Shown: positions 38,551 through 50,370 of the stretch, one piece after another
Layout: each line of letters opens with the position of its first letter
How positions within the stretch are numbered: the stretch's first letter is position 1
Assembly: GCA_963817955.1 (NCBI GenBank)
Contig: CAWFQK010000002.1
Coordinates: forward strand, 608,001-672,000
DNA from: an uncultured Gemmatimonadaceae bacterium
Lineage (GTDB): Bacteria > Gemmatimonadota > Gemmatimonadetes > Gemmatimonadales > Gemmatimonadaceae
Direction of reading: 5' to 3'
DNA length: 64,000 nucleotides
The notes under the pieces: generated by a model
Database searches by the model: none
What the model saw: the letters and a program-made list of their open reading frames with translations, nothing else
What the model was told of the DNA's origin: nothing
Translations under genes and position numbers: made by a program

Positions 38551-38949
38551 CTACCAGACGACGGCGACGAGCTCGCCGCCGGTGCGCGCCTGCCGCGCCT
38601 CACGGTCGGACATCAAGCCCTTGTTGGTGCTCACGATCGCGAGACCAAGCCCGTTGCGCACACGCGGGATGTCGGCCGCGCCAACGTACTTGCGCAAGCC
38701 TGGGGTCGAGACGCGCTGCAGTTGGCGAATGACGGACTGGCCGCCGGCGTACTTGAGACGCACGCGCAGCACATGCTTGCCCTCTTCTGTCTCGAGGGTG
38801 GTGTAGTCCTGAATGTAGTGGTTCTCCTTCAGGACGCGGGCGATCTCGGTCTTCATCTTCGACAGCGGCATATCGACGCGACGGTGCTTCGCTCCGCAAG
38901 CGTTGCGAATCCGCGTCAGCATGTCGGCGATCGGGTCACTCATGCTCAT
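38551..38949 (-). CDS. rpsH: 30S ribosomal protein S8
   Basis: DPIADMLTRIRNA, STPGLRKY, GGEL. Confidence 0.98.
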   Translation of the reverse strand: MSMSDPIADMLTRIRNACGAKHRRVDMPLSKMKTEIARVLKENHYIQDYTTLETEEGKHVLRVRLKYAGGQSVIRQLQRVSTPGLRKYVGAADIPRVRNGLGLAIVSTNKGLMSDREARQARTGGELVAVVW

Positions 38950-39096
38950 GAGAAATTCCTACTCCTCTCGTATCCTTGCGGACGTGGAGGATTGATGGTG
39001 AAAATGGGACAGCGGGAACAGCGGGTTCGCAGGACACGGGCAGCGAGATACGGAACACCGGGACACACCCCGACCCGCATCTCGTCTCTCCGTCCG

Positions 39097-39282
39097 CTAC
39101 CAGCTGGCTTTCCGCACGCCCGGGATCATTCCTTCCAGCGACAGCTGGCGGAAGCAGATACGGCAGAGGCCGAAACGGCGGAGGAACGCACGCGAACGGC
39201 CGCAACGGCCGCACCGGTGGTGAACCCGCACTTGGAACTTCGGCTTCCGCTTGCTCTTCTCGATCATGGCCTTACGAGCCAT
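39097..39282 (-). CDS. rpsN: 30S ribosomal protein S14, short zinc-binding (type Z, C+) form
   Basis: 61 aa with CGRCGR...LCRIC and PGVRKASW. Confidence 0.97.
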   Translation of the reverse strand: MARKAMIEKSKRKPKFQVRVHHRCGRCGRSRAFLRRFGLCRICFRQLSLEGMIPGVRKASW

Positions 39283-39309
39283 CGCAGTACTCTCTACTTA
39301 GGGTTGGTC

Positions 39310-39368
39310 GTGCTTGTTGCTGGTGGCTCGGTGCTGGTCGTTACCAGCAGCCAGTCACCAGTCACCCG
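39310..39368. repeat. Self-complementary heptamer array (rplE-rpsN spacer)
   Basis: Minus strand GGGTGAC TGGTGAC TGGCTGC TGGTAAC followed by GACCAGC ACCGAGC CACCAGC AACAAGC. Confidence 0.65.
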
Positions 39369-39369
39369 T

Positions 39370-40047
39370 CTACATCGCCCTTCCGCCCTTCTTATCGTCG
39401 GAGCGGAACGGCAGGCCGAGCTCCTTGAGGAGCGCATACGCCTGGTCATCCTTGTTCGTGCTCGTGACGAGGGTAATGTCCATCCCGTGGATCGACTCGA
39501 TTTCGTCGTAGTTGATTTCGGGGAAGATCATCTGCTCCTTGATCCCAAGAGAGTAGTTGCCTCTCCCGTCGAACGATTTCGTGCCGAAGCCACGGAAGTC
39601 GCGCACTCGCGGGACCGCAACCGTAATGAACCGGTCGAGGAACTCCCACATGCGAGCGCCACGCAGCGTCACCGCCGCGCCAATCTCCTGGCCCTGACGG
39701 AGTCCGAAGTTGGCGATCGACTTCTTCGCCTTTTTGCGAACCGGCAGCTGGCCCGTGATGCGAGCCAGTTCGTCCACCACCGAATCGAGCGCCTTCGGCT
39801 GTTTGATCGCTTCGCCGACGCCCACGTTGATGACGATCTTTTCGAGCTGCGGCACCTGGTGCGGATTGGTAAATCCGAACTGCTGCGAGAGCTTCGGACG
39901 CACCGTCTCCTGATAAAATGCCTTCAGGCGCGGCGACGGAACTGGCAGCCCAGCGCCCGCGTGCGGACCCCGCTGCTTCGTCTCGCCCTTCTTGCCGCCC
40001 TTGGAAGAGCCGCCCTTCTTTTCCTTTTCCTTTTCCTTCGTCGCCAT
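39370..40047 (-). CDS. rplE: 50S ribosomal protein L5 with Lys-rich N-terminal extension
   Basis: [34 protein letters not shown]. Confidence 0.98.
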   Translation of the reverse strand: MATKEKEKEKKGGSSKGGKKGETKQRGPHAGAGLPVPSPRLKAFYQETVRPKLSQQFGFTNPHQVPQLEKIVINVGVGEAIKQPKALDSVVDELARITGQLPVRKKAKKSIANFGLRQGQEIGAAVTLRGARMWEFLDRFITVAVPRVRDFRGFGTKSFDGRGNYSLGIKEQMIFPEINYDEIESIHGMDITLVTSTNKDDQAYALLKELGLPFRSDDKKGGRAM

Positions 40048-40064
40048 AGTCTATTCCTCGAGCG

Positions 40065-40469
40065 TCAGCGCGCGCGGGGGATGGCTTCCCCGCTCTTCAC
40101 GCTGATCCGCTCCTTGGTTCCGTCTTCGTCGAGCTGCCGACGCACGCGCGTCGGTGCCCCGCTCTTGGGATCGAGCAGCATCACGTTCGAGGCATGGATC
40201 GGCGCCGGGAAATCCACGATGCCGCTCTGCTCGTCGGGCGTGCGTGCGCGGCGGTGCCGCTTCACGATGTTCACGCCATCGACTGTCACGCGACCGGTCT
40301 TCAGGTACACGCGCAGGACCTTGCCTTCCTTGCCCTTATCATCGCCGCGTACCACTCGAACCGTGTCGCCCTTGGCGACGTGCAGCTTCGCGCGCTCCGC
40401 GTTGTCTGCGTGGCGCTTGCGATTCACCGGCTTCGGCCGGTCCATCTTGCGATACTTGAGAATACGCAT
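40065..40469 (-). CDS. rplX: 50S ribosomal protein L24 with basic N-terminal extension
   Basis: KOW motif [24 protein letters not shown]. Confidence 0.97.
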   Translation of the reverse strand: MRILKYRKMDRPKPVNRKRHADNAERAKLHVAKGDTVRVVRGDDKGKEGKVLRVYLKTGRVTVDGVNIVKRHRRARTPDEQSGIVDFPAPIHASNVMLLDPKSGAPTRVRRQLDEDGTKERISVKSGEAIPRAR

Positions 40470-40470
40470 G

Positions 40471-40839
40471 TCAGATCACCTCGGGCGCCAATGACACGAT
40501 CTTCATGTACTTCTTCTCGCGGAGCTCGCGCGCCACGGGACCGAAGATGCGGGTCGCCCGGGGCTCCCCTTGATCGTTGATGATGACGACGGCGTTCTCA
40601 TCGAACCGGATGTAGCTCCCATCCTTCCGTCGCGTCTCCTTCGCCGTGCGCACGACCACCGCACGCGCGACCTCCGACTTCTTTACCGTGCCGTTTGGCA
40701 GGGCGTTCTTCACAGCCACGATCACGACGTCCCCGAGCCCGGCATACCGCCGGCGGGTACCGCCCAGCACACGAATGACCTGTGCGGTCTTCGCGCCCGA
40801 GTTGTCGGCGACCTTGACCATCGACTCTTGCTGAATCAT
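40471..40839 (-). CDS. rplN: 50S ribosomal protein L14
   Basis: [24 protein letters not shown]. Confidence 0.99.
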   Translation of the reverse strand: MIQQESMVKVADNSGAKTAQVIRVLGGTRRRYAGLGDVVIVAVKNALPNGTVKKSEVARAVVVRTAKETRRKDGSYIRFDENAVVIINDQGEPRATRIFGPVARELREKKYMKIVSLAPEVI

Positions 40840-40851
40840 CGGTCGTCTCCG

Positions 40852-41136
40852 TTAGCGCGCCCGCGTGACGATTTCGACCACACGCCAGCGTTTGTCCTTC
40901 GACAGGGGACGCGTCTCCGCAATCCGCACCGTGTCGCCGGTCTTGGCGGTGTTCTCCTCGTCATGCGCTTTTACCCGCTTGGTGCGGGTCACCATCTTCC
41001 CATACACCGGGTGCGGCACGCGACGTTCGATCGCCACCACCACGGTCTTCTGCATCTTGTCGCTCACCACGACGCCTTCGCGTGTCTTCCGCGTGGCGCG
41101 CGTGTCAGCGCTGTTCGTATTGGTCATCTCAGCCAT
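40852..41136 (-). CDS. rpsQ: 30S ribosomal protein S17
   Basis: [27 protein letters not shown]. Confidence 0.98.
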   Translation of the reverse strand: MAEMTNTNSADTRATRKTREGVVVSDKMQKTVVVAIERRVPHPVYGKMVTRTKRVKAHDEENTAKTGDTVRIAETRPLSKDKRWRVVEIVTRAR

Positions 41137-41152
41137 GGGTCAGTCGCTCCTC

Positions 41153-41353
41153 TCATCCGCGCGCAGCGGTGGTCTGTTCGCGCAGCACCGTCTTGAGGCG
41201 CGCCAGGTTCCTGCGAATCACTCGTAGGCGCAGCGGGTCCTCGAGGGGCTCGGTCGCGCTCCGGAACTTCAGCCGGAACTGCTCCTCTTCGAGCTCGCGG
41301 ATCCGCGCCGCGATATCATCGTTCGCCATTTCGCGAATTTCGTCAGCTCGCAT
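41153..41353 (-). CDS. rpmC: 50S ribosomal protein L29
   Basis: MRADEIREM...FRLKF...RRNLARLKT; operon position. Confidence 0.95.
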   Translation of the reverse strand: MRADEIREMANDDIAARIRELEEEQFRLKFRSATEPLEDPLRLRVIRRNLARLKTVLREQTTAARG

Positions 41354-41771
41354 GGGTCGGGGCCTCCTCTCGGGCAACGAACTTAGTCCTCACCGGCATC
41401 TTGGCCGCAGCGAGCGCCATCGCCTTCTCGGCGATTTCACGCGTCACGCCCTCGAGCTCGAACATCACTCGGCCCGGCTTCACCACCGCCACCCACAGTT
41501 CCGGAGAACCTTTGCCTTTTCCCATGCGGGTCTCGGCGGGCTTCTTCGTAATCGGCTTATCGGGGAAGATCCGGATCCATACCTTGCCGCCGCGCTTGAT
41601 GTGACGCGTGAGCGCCACACGGGCAGCTTCGATCTGACGAGCCGTGATCCACCCCGGCTCCAACGTCTGCAGGCCAAAGGTGCCGAACGAGATCTCGCTG
41701 CCACGATGGGCGAGACCCGTCGTACGACCCTTGAACCGCTTACGGAATTTGACGCGCTTTGGACTCAGCAT
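41343..41771 (-). CDS. rplP: 50S ribosomal protein L16
   Basis: [24 protein letters not shown]. Confidence 0.99.
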   Translation of the reverse strand: MLSPKRVKFRKRFKGRTTGLAHRGSEISFGTFGLQTLEPGWITARQIEAARVALTRHIKRGGKVWIRIFPDKPITKKPAETRMGKGKGSPELWVAVVKPGRVMFELEGVTREIAEKAMALAAAKMPVRTKFVAREEAPTHAS

Positions 41772-41786
41772 TGTCTCATCGCCTCC

Positions 41787-42446
41787 TTACATGCCGGAGG
41801 AGTAGGTGGTGCCGCGACGATCATCGACTTTCTCGCCCTTGAAGATCCAGACTTTGACGCCGATGGCGCCGAACGTCGTCCTCGCGGTTGACGTCGCGTA
41901 ATCGATGTCGGCGCGCAGCGTGTGCAGTGGCACACGACCCTCGTGATAGCCTTCGACACGCGCGATCTCTGCGCCTCCGAGCCGGCCACCCGCCTTGACC
42001 TTGATCCCCTGGGCGCCCATGCGCATGGCGCTCTGTACGGCACGCTTCATGGCACGCCGGAAGGAGATACGCTGCGCCAACTGGCTGGAAATGTTGTCCG
42101 CCACGAGCTGCGCGCTGAGCTCGGGACGCTTGATCTCTTCGACGTTGATTCCGACTTCCTTGCCGGTGAGATGGGCGAGCTCATCGCGGAGCTTGTCGAC
42201 TTCCGCGCCCTTCTTACCGATCACGACACCCGGACGGCCAGTGTGCAACGTCACGACGACCTTGCCCGGCTTGCGATCGATGATGATGTCCGCGATCGCT
42301 GCGTGGCCGAGCCGGGCCTTGAGATACTTGCGCAGCAACTCGTCTTCACGGAGCAGCGCGGGCAGTTCGCGTCCCGCGTAGTAGCGGGACTTCCAGTCCT
42401 TCGAGATTCCGAGTCGGAAGCCGATCGGATGTGTCTTCTGTCCCAT
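41787..42446 (-). CDS. rpsC: 30S ribosomal protein S3
   Basis: [36 protein letters not shown]. Confidence 0.99.
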   Translation of the reverse strand: MGQKTHPIGFRLGISKDWKSRYYAGRELPALLREDELLRKYLKARLGHAAIADIIIDRKPGKVVVTLHTGRPGVVIGKKGAEVDKLRDELAHLTGKEVGINVEEIKRPELSAQLVADNISSQLAQRISFRRAMKRAVQSAMRMGAQGIKVKAGGRLGGAEIARVEGYHEGRVPLHTLRADIDYATSTARTTFGAIGVKVWIFKGEKVDDRRGTTYSSGM

Positions 42447-42808
42447 TAGCGGCCTTCCTTCTCGGCGATTACGATTTCCACGTGGCTCGTCCGCTTCTGA
42501 ATTGGAGTGGCACGGCCCATCGCCGCGGGCATGAAGCGCTTGAGCTTCGGCCCCTCGTTGACGACCGCGTGCTTCACGTAGAGCGCGTCCACGTCGAGCG
42601 AAGTATTGCCCTCGCGCGCCGCGTGCTCGGCGTTCGCCACCGCCGAGCGCAGCGTTTTCTCGATCTGCTTGGCGGCGTGTTTCTTGGAAAATGCCAGATA
42701 GGCAAGCGCATCATTCACGCTCTTGCCGCGGATTTCGTCAATGACGAGCCGCATCTTGTAAGGCGACTGGCGCGCGGAGCGCTGAGTCGCGCGAGCTTCG
42801 GCAGCCAT
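42446..42808 (-). CDS. rplV: 50S ribosomal protein L22
   Basis: [26 protein letters not shown]. Confidence 0.98.
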   Translation of the reverse strand: MAAEARATQRSARQSPYKMRLVIDEIRGKSVNDALAYLAFSKKHAAKQIEKTLRSAVANAEHAAREGNTSLDVDALYVKHAVVNEGPKLKRFMPAAMGRATPIQKRTSHVEIVIAEKEGR

Positions 42809-42811
42809 GGG

Positions 42812-43129
42812 CTACTTGCCTCCCCGTGCCGGAGCGGCCGATGGAGCCGACGTCTTCTTGTCGACCGCCTTCTGGCCGGTATGTCCACGGAACAGGCGCG
42901 TCGGCGCGAACTCACCGAGCTTGTGCCCGACCATGTTCTCCGTCACGTAGACCGGGATGAACTTGTTACCGTTGTGCACCGCGAAGGTGTGGCCTACGAA
43001 TTCAGGCAGCACCGTGCTCGCCCGTGACCAGGTCTTGATCACGCGCTTCTCGCTCTTGGCGTTCAGTGCGCCCACTTTCTTGGCGAGCGCTTCCTGAACG
43101 AACGGGCCTTTCTTTACGCTTCTACCCAT
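42812..43129 (-). CDS. rpsS: 30S ribosomal protein S19
   Basis: [25 protein letters not shown]. Confidence 0.99.
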   Translation of the reverse strand: MGRSVKKGPFVQEALAKKVGALNAKSEKRVIKTWSRASTVLPEFVGHTFAVHNGNKFIPVYVTENMVGHKLGEFAPTRLFRGHTGQKAVDKKTSAPSAAPARGGK

Positions 43130-43139
43130 ATCGGAATCT

Positions 43140-43212
43140 CGGTTTCGTTGCTCGTTGCTCGTGGCTCGCTACTCGTGATGACGAGAAACGAGTAACGAGT
43201 AACCAGTAACCG
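43140..43212. repeat. Self-complementary heptamer array (rplB-rpsS spacer)
   Basis: TCGTTGC TCGTTGC TCGTGGC TCGCTAC TCGTGAT followed by GACGAGA AACGAGT AACGAGT AACCAGT. Confidence 0.8.
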
Positions 43213-43214
43213 TT

Positions 43215-44045
43215 TTATTGCGTGGCCTTACCGCGCTTCCGCCCACGGACGATCAGGCGCTGCGACGACTTCTTCTTGTTGCGCGTCTTGACGCCTTCCT
43301 TCTTGCCCCACGGGCTCACGACGTTGCGTCCGCCATGCGTACGACCACCATGCGGATGGTCGACTGGGTTCATGACCTCGCCGCGCACCTTCGGACGACG
43401 TCCCTTCCAGCGCGTCTTGCCGGCCTTGCCCCACGAGATGAGTTCGTGCTCCTCGTTGCCGACCGTGCCGATCGTCGCATAGCAGCGACCGTGCACGAGA
43501 CGCATTTCCGTCGACGGCATGCGCAACGTCACATAGTCGCCTTCCTTCGCCACGACCTGCGCCGACATGCCTGCCGAGCGGCAGAGTTGTCCACCCTTGC
43601 CGATCTTGAGCTCGATGTTGTGCACCGCGGTGCCGAGCGGCATTTCTGCCAGTGGCAACGCATTGCCGGTGCGGATGTCCGAGCCTGGGCCCGCCATCAC
43701 GCTGTCGCCCACCGCCAGGCCCTTCGTATGAAGGATGTAGCGCTTCTCGCCGTCGGCGTACGTCACCAGCGCGATACGCGCCGAACGATTTGGATCGTAC
43801 TCAACGGTCGTGACCGTGCCGGCCACACCGTGCTTGTTGCGCTTGAAATCGATGATGCGGTACTGACGCTTGTGACCGCCGCCACGACGCCGCATCGAAA
43901 TGTGCCCGTGATTGTCACGGCCACCGCTCTTCTTGATCGGCTCGAGCAGCGACTTTTCGGGCGTGCTCGTCGTGATGTCGGAAAAATCCGACACCGTCCG
44001 AAAGCGCGTGCCCTTGGTCACCGGCTTGAATTGACGAATTCCCAT
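43215..44045 (-). CDS. rplB: 50S ribosomal protein L2
   Basis: [24 protein letters not shown]. Confidence 0.99.
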   Translation of the reverse strand: MGIRQFKPVTKGTRFRTVSDFSDITTSTPEKSLLEPIKKSGGRDNHGHISMRRRGGGHKRQYRIIDFKRNKHGVAGTVTTVEYDPNRSARIALVTYADGEKRYILHTKGLAVGDSVMAGPGSDIRTGNALPLAEMPLGTAVHNIELKIGKGGQLCRSAGMSAQVVAKEGDYVTLRMPSTEMRLVHGRCYATIGTVGNEEHELISWGKAGKTRWKGRRPKVRGEVMNPVDHPHGGRTHGGRNVVSPWGKKEGVKTRNKKKSSQRLIVRGRKRGKATQ

Positions 44046-44062
44046 GGTCTATGCGCTCCGGC

Positions 44063-44350
44063 TCAGCCTTCGAAGATCTCAATCGTGTCGCCCTCACGGA
44101 GCGTCACGATGGCCTTTTTCCAATTGGGGCGACGACCGACGTTCTTGCCCATGCGCTTCTCCTTGCCGCGCACGTTCGACGTCCAGACGCCGGTAACTTT
44201 CACGCCGAAGAGCTGCTCGATCGCCGAACGGATCTGCGGTTTGTTCGCGTCGGGGTGCACCTCAAAGGTGTACTCCTTGCGCGCCTGATACGCCGCCGAG
44301 CTCTTCTCGGTGATCAGCGGACGCACGATGGTGCGATGTAGTGTCGGCAT
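44063..44350 (-). CDS. rplW: 50S ribosomal protein L23
   Basis: [22 protein letters not shown]. Confidence 0.98.
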   Translation of the reverse strand: MPTLHRTIVRPLITEKSSAAYQARKEYTFEVHPDANKPQIRSAIEQLFGVKVTGVWTSNVRGKEKRMGKNVGRRPNWKKAIVTLREGDTIEIFEG

Positions 44351-44353
44351 GTC

Positions 44354-45193
44354 TTACTTCCCCTTCTTCTTGGCCGCGGGCTTCTTCGCCGCTGGCGATT
44401 TCTTGGCGGCAGCCTTCGTGGCCACGGGCTTCTTGGCCGCTGGAGCAGCCTTCTTTGCGACCTTCTTGGCCGGCGCCTTCTTGGCTGCTGCGGTCTTGAC
44501 CGTCTTCTTCGCCAATGATGCCTCGCTCACGGCCTCACGCGCTTCGGCGATTGGCTCGAGCGTGTGGCCTAACGCCCCCGCCTCGATGAGCACGAAGTCC
44601 GACCACAGAATGTGGTAGGTGGACACGTCCGAGTACGGCATCACGTGCACCGTCGGCAAATTGCGCGCACTCAGGAATACGTTCGGCTTTACGCCGTCGG
44701 TAAGAATGAGCACCTTGCGGTCAGCAACGCCGAGGGTATCGACCAGCGCCTTCATGCGCGACGTCTTCGGCGCATCGTATTGGAAAAGGTCGATGACGTA
44801 GATCGCGTCCTCGCGGGCGCGGGCGTTGAGCGCGCTCTTTCGGGCGAGGGCGCGTACCTGGCGTGGCACGTACTGCGCGTAGCTGCGCGGCGTCGGACCG
44901 AACACCGTGCCGCCGCCCACCCAATGCGGCGCGCGCGTGGATCCGGCACGGGCGCGGCCCGTACCCTTCTGCTTCCACGGCTTCTGATTACCGCCCGTCA
45001 CGTACTTGCGGATCTTGGTCGAGGCGTTGCCCTGGCGCTGATTGGCAAGAAATGCCTTCACCGCCTGGTGCATCACCGGCATGTTCACGGTGCCGTCGAA
45101 CAGCGTCTCGGGGAGCGCGACTTTGTCGCGCACCGTCCCCTGCGCCGTATAGGCGGCCGCCTGGAACGAGGTTCCTGTCGTGTTGTCAGCCAT
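44354..45193 (-). CDS. rplD: 50S ribosomal protein L4 with Ala/Lys/Pro-rich C-terminal tail
   Basis: [28 protein letters not shown]. Confidence 0.98.
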   Translation of the reverse strand: MADNTTGTSFQAAAYTAQGTVRDKVALPETLFDGTVNMPVMHQAVKAFLANQRQGNASTKIRKYVTGGNQKPWKQKGTGRARAGSTRAPHWVGGGTVFGPTPRSYAQYVPRQVRALARKSALNARAREDAIYVIDLFQYDAPKTSRMKALVDTLGVADRKVLILTDGVKPNVFLSARNLPTVHVMPYSDVSTYHILWSDFVLIEAGALGHTLEPIAEAREAVSEASLAKKTVKTAAAKKAPAKKVAKKAAPAAKKPVATKAAAKKSPAAKKPAAKKKGK

Positions 45194-45196
45194 GGA

Positions 45197-45880
45197 TTAA
45201 GCCTGCTTCCGAACGACCACGATGCCACCGGGCTTACCGGCGATCGAGCCGCGGATATAGATCAGGTTGCGCTCCGTGTCGATCTTTTCGATGCGGAGAT
45301 GCGTCTGCGTGTGCCGCTCGTCGCCATAGTGGCCGGGCATCTTCTTGCCCTTGATGACGCGCGACGGATCCGTGCCGGGTCCGATCGAACCGGGACGGCG
45401 ATGCTTGGTGTTGCCGTGCGTGTTCGGACCGCCGCCAATGCCATAGCGCTTCACGACGCCTTGGAAACCGCGGCCCTTGGTGGTGCCAGTCACCTTGACC
45501 GTATCGCCGACGGCGAAGATGTCGACCTTGATCAGATCGCCGACATTGTACGACGGGATCTCGATCGTCGCGTTGCCCGGCTCATCGAGACGCACGCTGC
45601 GCAGAATGCGCGGCGGCGCGGAGAGTCCCGCCTTGTGGGCGTGACCGACGGTGGCGAGCGACGCGCGATGTCCCTTGGGCTTGCCTTCTCCCTTGACCGA
45701 GGCGCGCCGCAGACGCGACTGGCCGTAACCGAGTTGCACGGACGCATGTCCGGCCTTCGCCTTGTCCGTCACGGCGAGCACCGGGTTGGGCTCGGCTTCG
45801 ATCACCGTCACCGGGATCTGCTGGCCCTGTTCGTTGAAGATCTGGGTCATGCCCAGCTTCTTGCCAATGATGCCAATCAT
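45197..45880 (-). CDS. rplC: 50S ribosomal protein L3
   Basis: GKKLGMTQIF, KGRGFQGVVKR, HRRPGSIG, KKMPGHYG. Confidence 0.99.
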   Translation of the reverse strand: MIGIIGKKLGMTQIFNEQGQQIPVTVIEAEPNPVLAVTDKAKAGHASVQLGYGQSRLRRASVKGEGKPKGHRASLATVGHAHKAGLSAPPRILRSVRLDEPGNATIEIPSYNVGDLIKVDIFAVGDTVKVTGTTKGRGFQGVVKRYGIGGGPNTHGNTKHRRPGSIGPGTDPSRVIKGKKMPGHYGDERHTQTHLRIEKIDTERNLIYIRGSIAGKPGGIVVVRKQA

Positions 45881-46012
45881 GAATTTCTAAACCTCAGCTG
45901 AGTCACTGTCGGAATTGACAGTTGGACTGTGGCGGAAACGGTCGTGGTGGCCCGTGGCTCGTCATACCAAGCAACGAGATGCGAGCACCGTCCCCCGCCT
46001 GCGTCGTGGTGC

Positions 46013-46321
<309 letters not shown>

Positions 46322-46326
46322 TGAGA

Positions 46327-46420
46327 GTTACTGGTTGCTAGTTGCTGGTTGCTGGTTGTTTGCCGCTGGTTGCTCGCTGCTGTTTCCAGCGACGAGCAAC
46401 CAGCAACGAGCAACCAAACG
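46327..46420. repeat. Self-complementary heptamer array (tuf-rpsJ spacer)
   Basis: GTTACTG GTTGCTA GTTGCTG GTTGCTG ... GTTGCTC followed by CAGCGAC GAGCAAC CAGCAAC GAGCAAC. Confidence 0.85.
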
Positions 46421-46422
46421 CA

Positions 46423-47625
46423 TTACGCGAGGATCTTCGTGACGACACCAGCGCCGACGGTGCGGCCGCCTTCACGGATGGCAAAGCGAACCTGCTCCTC
46501 CATCGCGATCGGGGCGATCAGCTCGATCGTCATCTGGATGTTATCGCCCGGCATCACCATCTCGGTGCCAGCCGGCAGCTCGACCGAACCGGTGACGTCG
46601 GTCGTGCGGAAGTAGAACTGCGGACGATAGCCCTTGAAGAACGGCGTGTGGCGGCCGCCCTCGTCCTTGTTCAGGACGTAGACCTCGGCTTCGAACTTCG
46701 TGTGTGGCTTGATCGAACCGGGCTTGGCGAGCACCATACCGCGCTCGATGTCCTTCTTGTCGACGCCGCGGAGCAGGAGACCGACGTTGTCGCCGGCCTG
46801 GCCCTGATCGAGCAGCTTGCGGAACATCTCGACGCCCGTGACGATCGACTTCTTGTCCGAGCCGAAGCCGACGAGCGAGACTTCCTCACCGACCTTGATG
46901 ATGCCGCGCTCGATACGACCAGTCGCAACCGTGCCGCGGCCCGTAATTGAGAATACGTCTTCGACCGGGAGCAGGAACGGCTTGTCGATCTCGCGGACGG
47001 GCTCCGGGATGTAGCTGTCGAGCGCGTCGTAGAGTTCCTCCAGGCGCGCTACCCAGTTCGGATCGCCGGCAATCGCACCCGTGGCCGAGCCGCGGATGAC
47101 CGGCAGCTCGTCGCCCGGATAATTGTACTTGCTGAGCAGCTCGCGCACCTCGAGCTCGACGAGGTCGAGAAGCTCCGCGTCCTCTACCATGTCGCACTTG
47201 TTGAGGAACACGACGACTGACGGCACGTTCACCTGACGGGCGAGCAGGATGTGCTCACGCGTCTGCGGCATCGGGCCATCGACCGCGCTCACCACGAGGA
47301 TCGCGCCGTCCATTTGCGCGGCGCCCGTAATCATATTCTTGACATAATCGGCGTGGCCCGGGCAGTCGACGTGCGCGTAGTGGCGCGCCTTCGTCTCGTA
47401 CTCCACGTGGCTCGTTGCGATCGTCAGAATCTTCGTCGAGTCACGACGCCCCTGCGACTCCGATGCCTTGGCGACTTCGTCGTAGGCGATGTACTTGGTG
47501 CCGTACCCACGCTCCGACGACACCTTCGTCAGCGCCGCGGTCAGTGTCGTCTTGCCGTGATCGACGTGGCCAATCGTACCGACGTTTACGTGCGGCTTGT
47601 TCCGCTCGAACTTTGCCTTTGCCAT
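46423..47625 (-). CDS. tuf: Elongation factor Tu (non-canonical switch I)
   Basis: [38 protein letters not shown]. Confidence 0.99.
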   Translation of the reverse strand: MAKAKFERNKPHVNVGTIGHVDHGKTTLTAALTKVSSERGYGTKYIAYDEVAKASESQGRRDSTKILTIATSHVEYETKARHYAHVDCPGHADYVKNMITGAAQMDGAILVVSAVDGPMPQTREHILLARQVNVPSVVVFLNKCDMVEDAELLDLVELEVRELLSKYNYPGDELPVIRGSATGAIAGDPNWVARLEELYDALDSYIPEPVREIDKPFLLPVEDVFSITGRGTVATGRIERGIIKVGEEVSLVGFGSDKKSIVTGVEMFRKLLDQGQAGDNVGLLLRGVDKKDIERGMVLAKPGSIKPHTKFEAEVYVLNKDEGGRHTPFFKGYRPQFYFRTTDVTGSVELPAGTEMVMPGDNIQMTIELIAPIAMEEQVRFAIREGGRTVGAGVVTKILA

Positions 47626-47651
47626 TGTTCGCGTCCTGGATTGTTTGAGTC

Positions 47652-47709
47652 TCTACTGGTTGCTGGTTGCGTGTTCCTGGTTGAACCAGCGATCAGCAAC
47701 GAGCGACCG
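47652..47709. repeat. Self-complementary heptamer array (fusA-tuf spacer)
   Basis: CTACTGG TTGCTGG TTGCGTG TTCCTGG followed by CAGCGAT CAGCAAC GAGCGAC. Confidence 0.7.
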
Positions 47710-47711
47710 TC

Positions 47712-49832
<2,121 letters not shown>

Positions 49833-50248
49833 AGAAAGTCGCTGCTAGTTGCTAGTTGCAGATTCCTGAAAAAAACGGAACCAGATTCTTTGTCGTTTTG
49901 AAAATCGAACCAAGTCCTTTCCTCTAACCGCGCGCAGCAAGCGATTAGTGTTCGTCCTTCCACCAGCAAAAACGCGGGTGGACCGGGCGCTCCAGAGGAG
50001 CCGGTGTCCATCCGCCATCGCCGGGTGTACTCGTCACTGCTGCGCGAGTGGGGACCCAAGGCGCGCCGAGCAATACCGCACTCGACGTCAAATTGTCCTG
50101 CGTCGCTTGTCGGGAGTCGTTGCACTCAGCGCGAGTGCGTCGATCGGCAGCAGGCCCCTGCGTGATGCAGGCCCATAAGTGTCGGCGCGCAGCTCGCCGA
50201 AGTCATCTACCAAAGGCACTGGACCAACCGAAGCCCAACACCCTTAGC
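49833..50248 (-). promoter_or_regulatory. ~410-nt structured 5' leader of fusA (candidate cis-regulatory RNA)
   Basis: A chain of hairpins plus a terminator-like stem between a promoter and the fusA ATG; no convincing ORF. Confidence 0.5.
49968..50015 (-). terminator. Terminator-like hairpin within the fusA leader
   Basis: GCGGATGGACACCGGCTCC-TCT-GGAGCGCCCGGTCCACCCGC followed by GTTTTT. Confidence 0.6.
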
Positions 50249-50254
50249 CCCCTG

Positions 50255-50282
50255 AATTTATCGGAGCTTCGTCCCGTGTCAA
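50255..50282 (-). promoter_or_regulatory. Sigma70-type promoter upstream of fusA
   Basis: TTGACA-N16-TAAATT on the minus strand. Confidence 0.7.
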
Positions 50283-50370
50283 CGGGCAAGCCACAGTCCG
50301 TTTCGGGCGTACCGTGGCTCTACACGATGCCGTCAGATCGTGCGGTACTCACACTGCTAGCACACTCCGC

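Noticed and set aside
38386..40494. 702-aa plus-strand ORF antisense to rplF-rplN (similarly 30888..32966, 55124..57097, 44612..45901)
   Set aside because: Shadow ORFs: strong codon bias in GC-rich, highly expressed genes removes stops on the opposite strand. No recognisable motifs or RBS.
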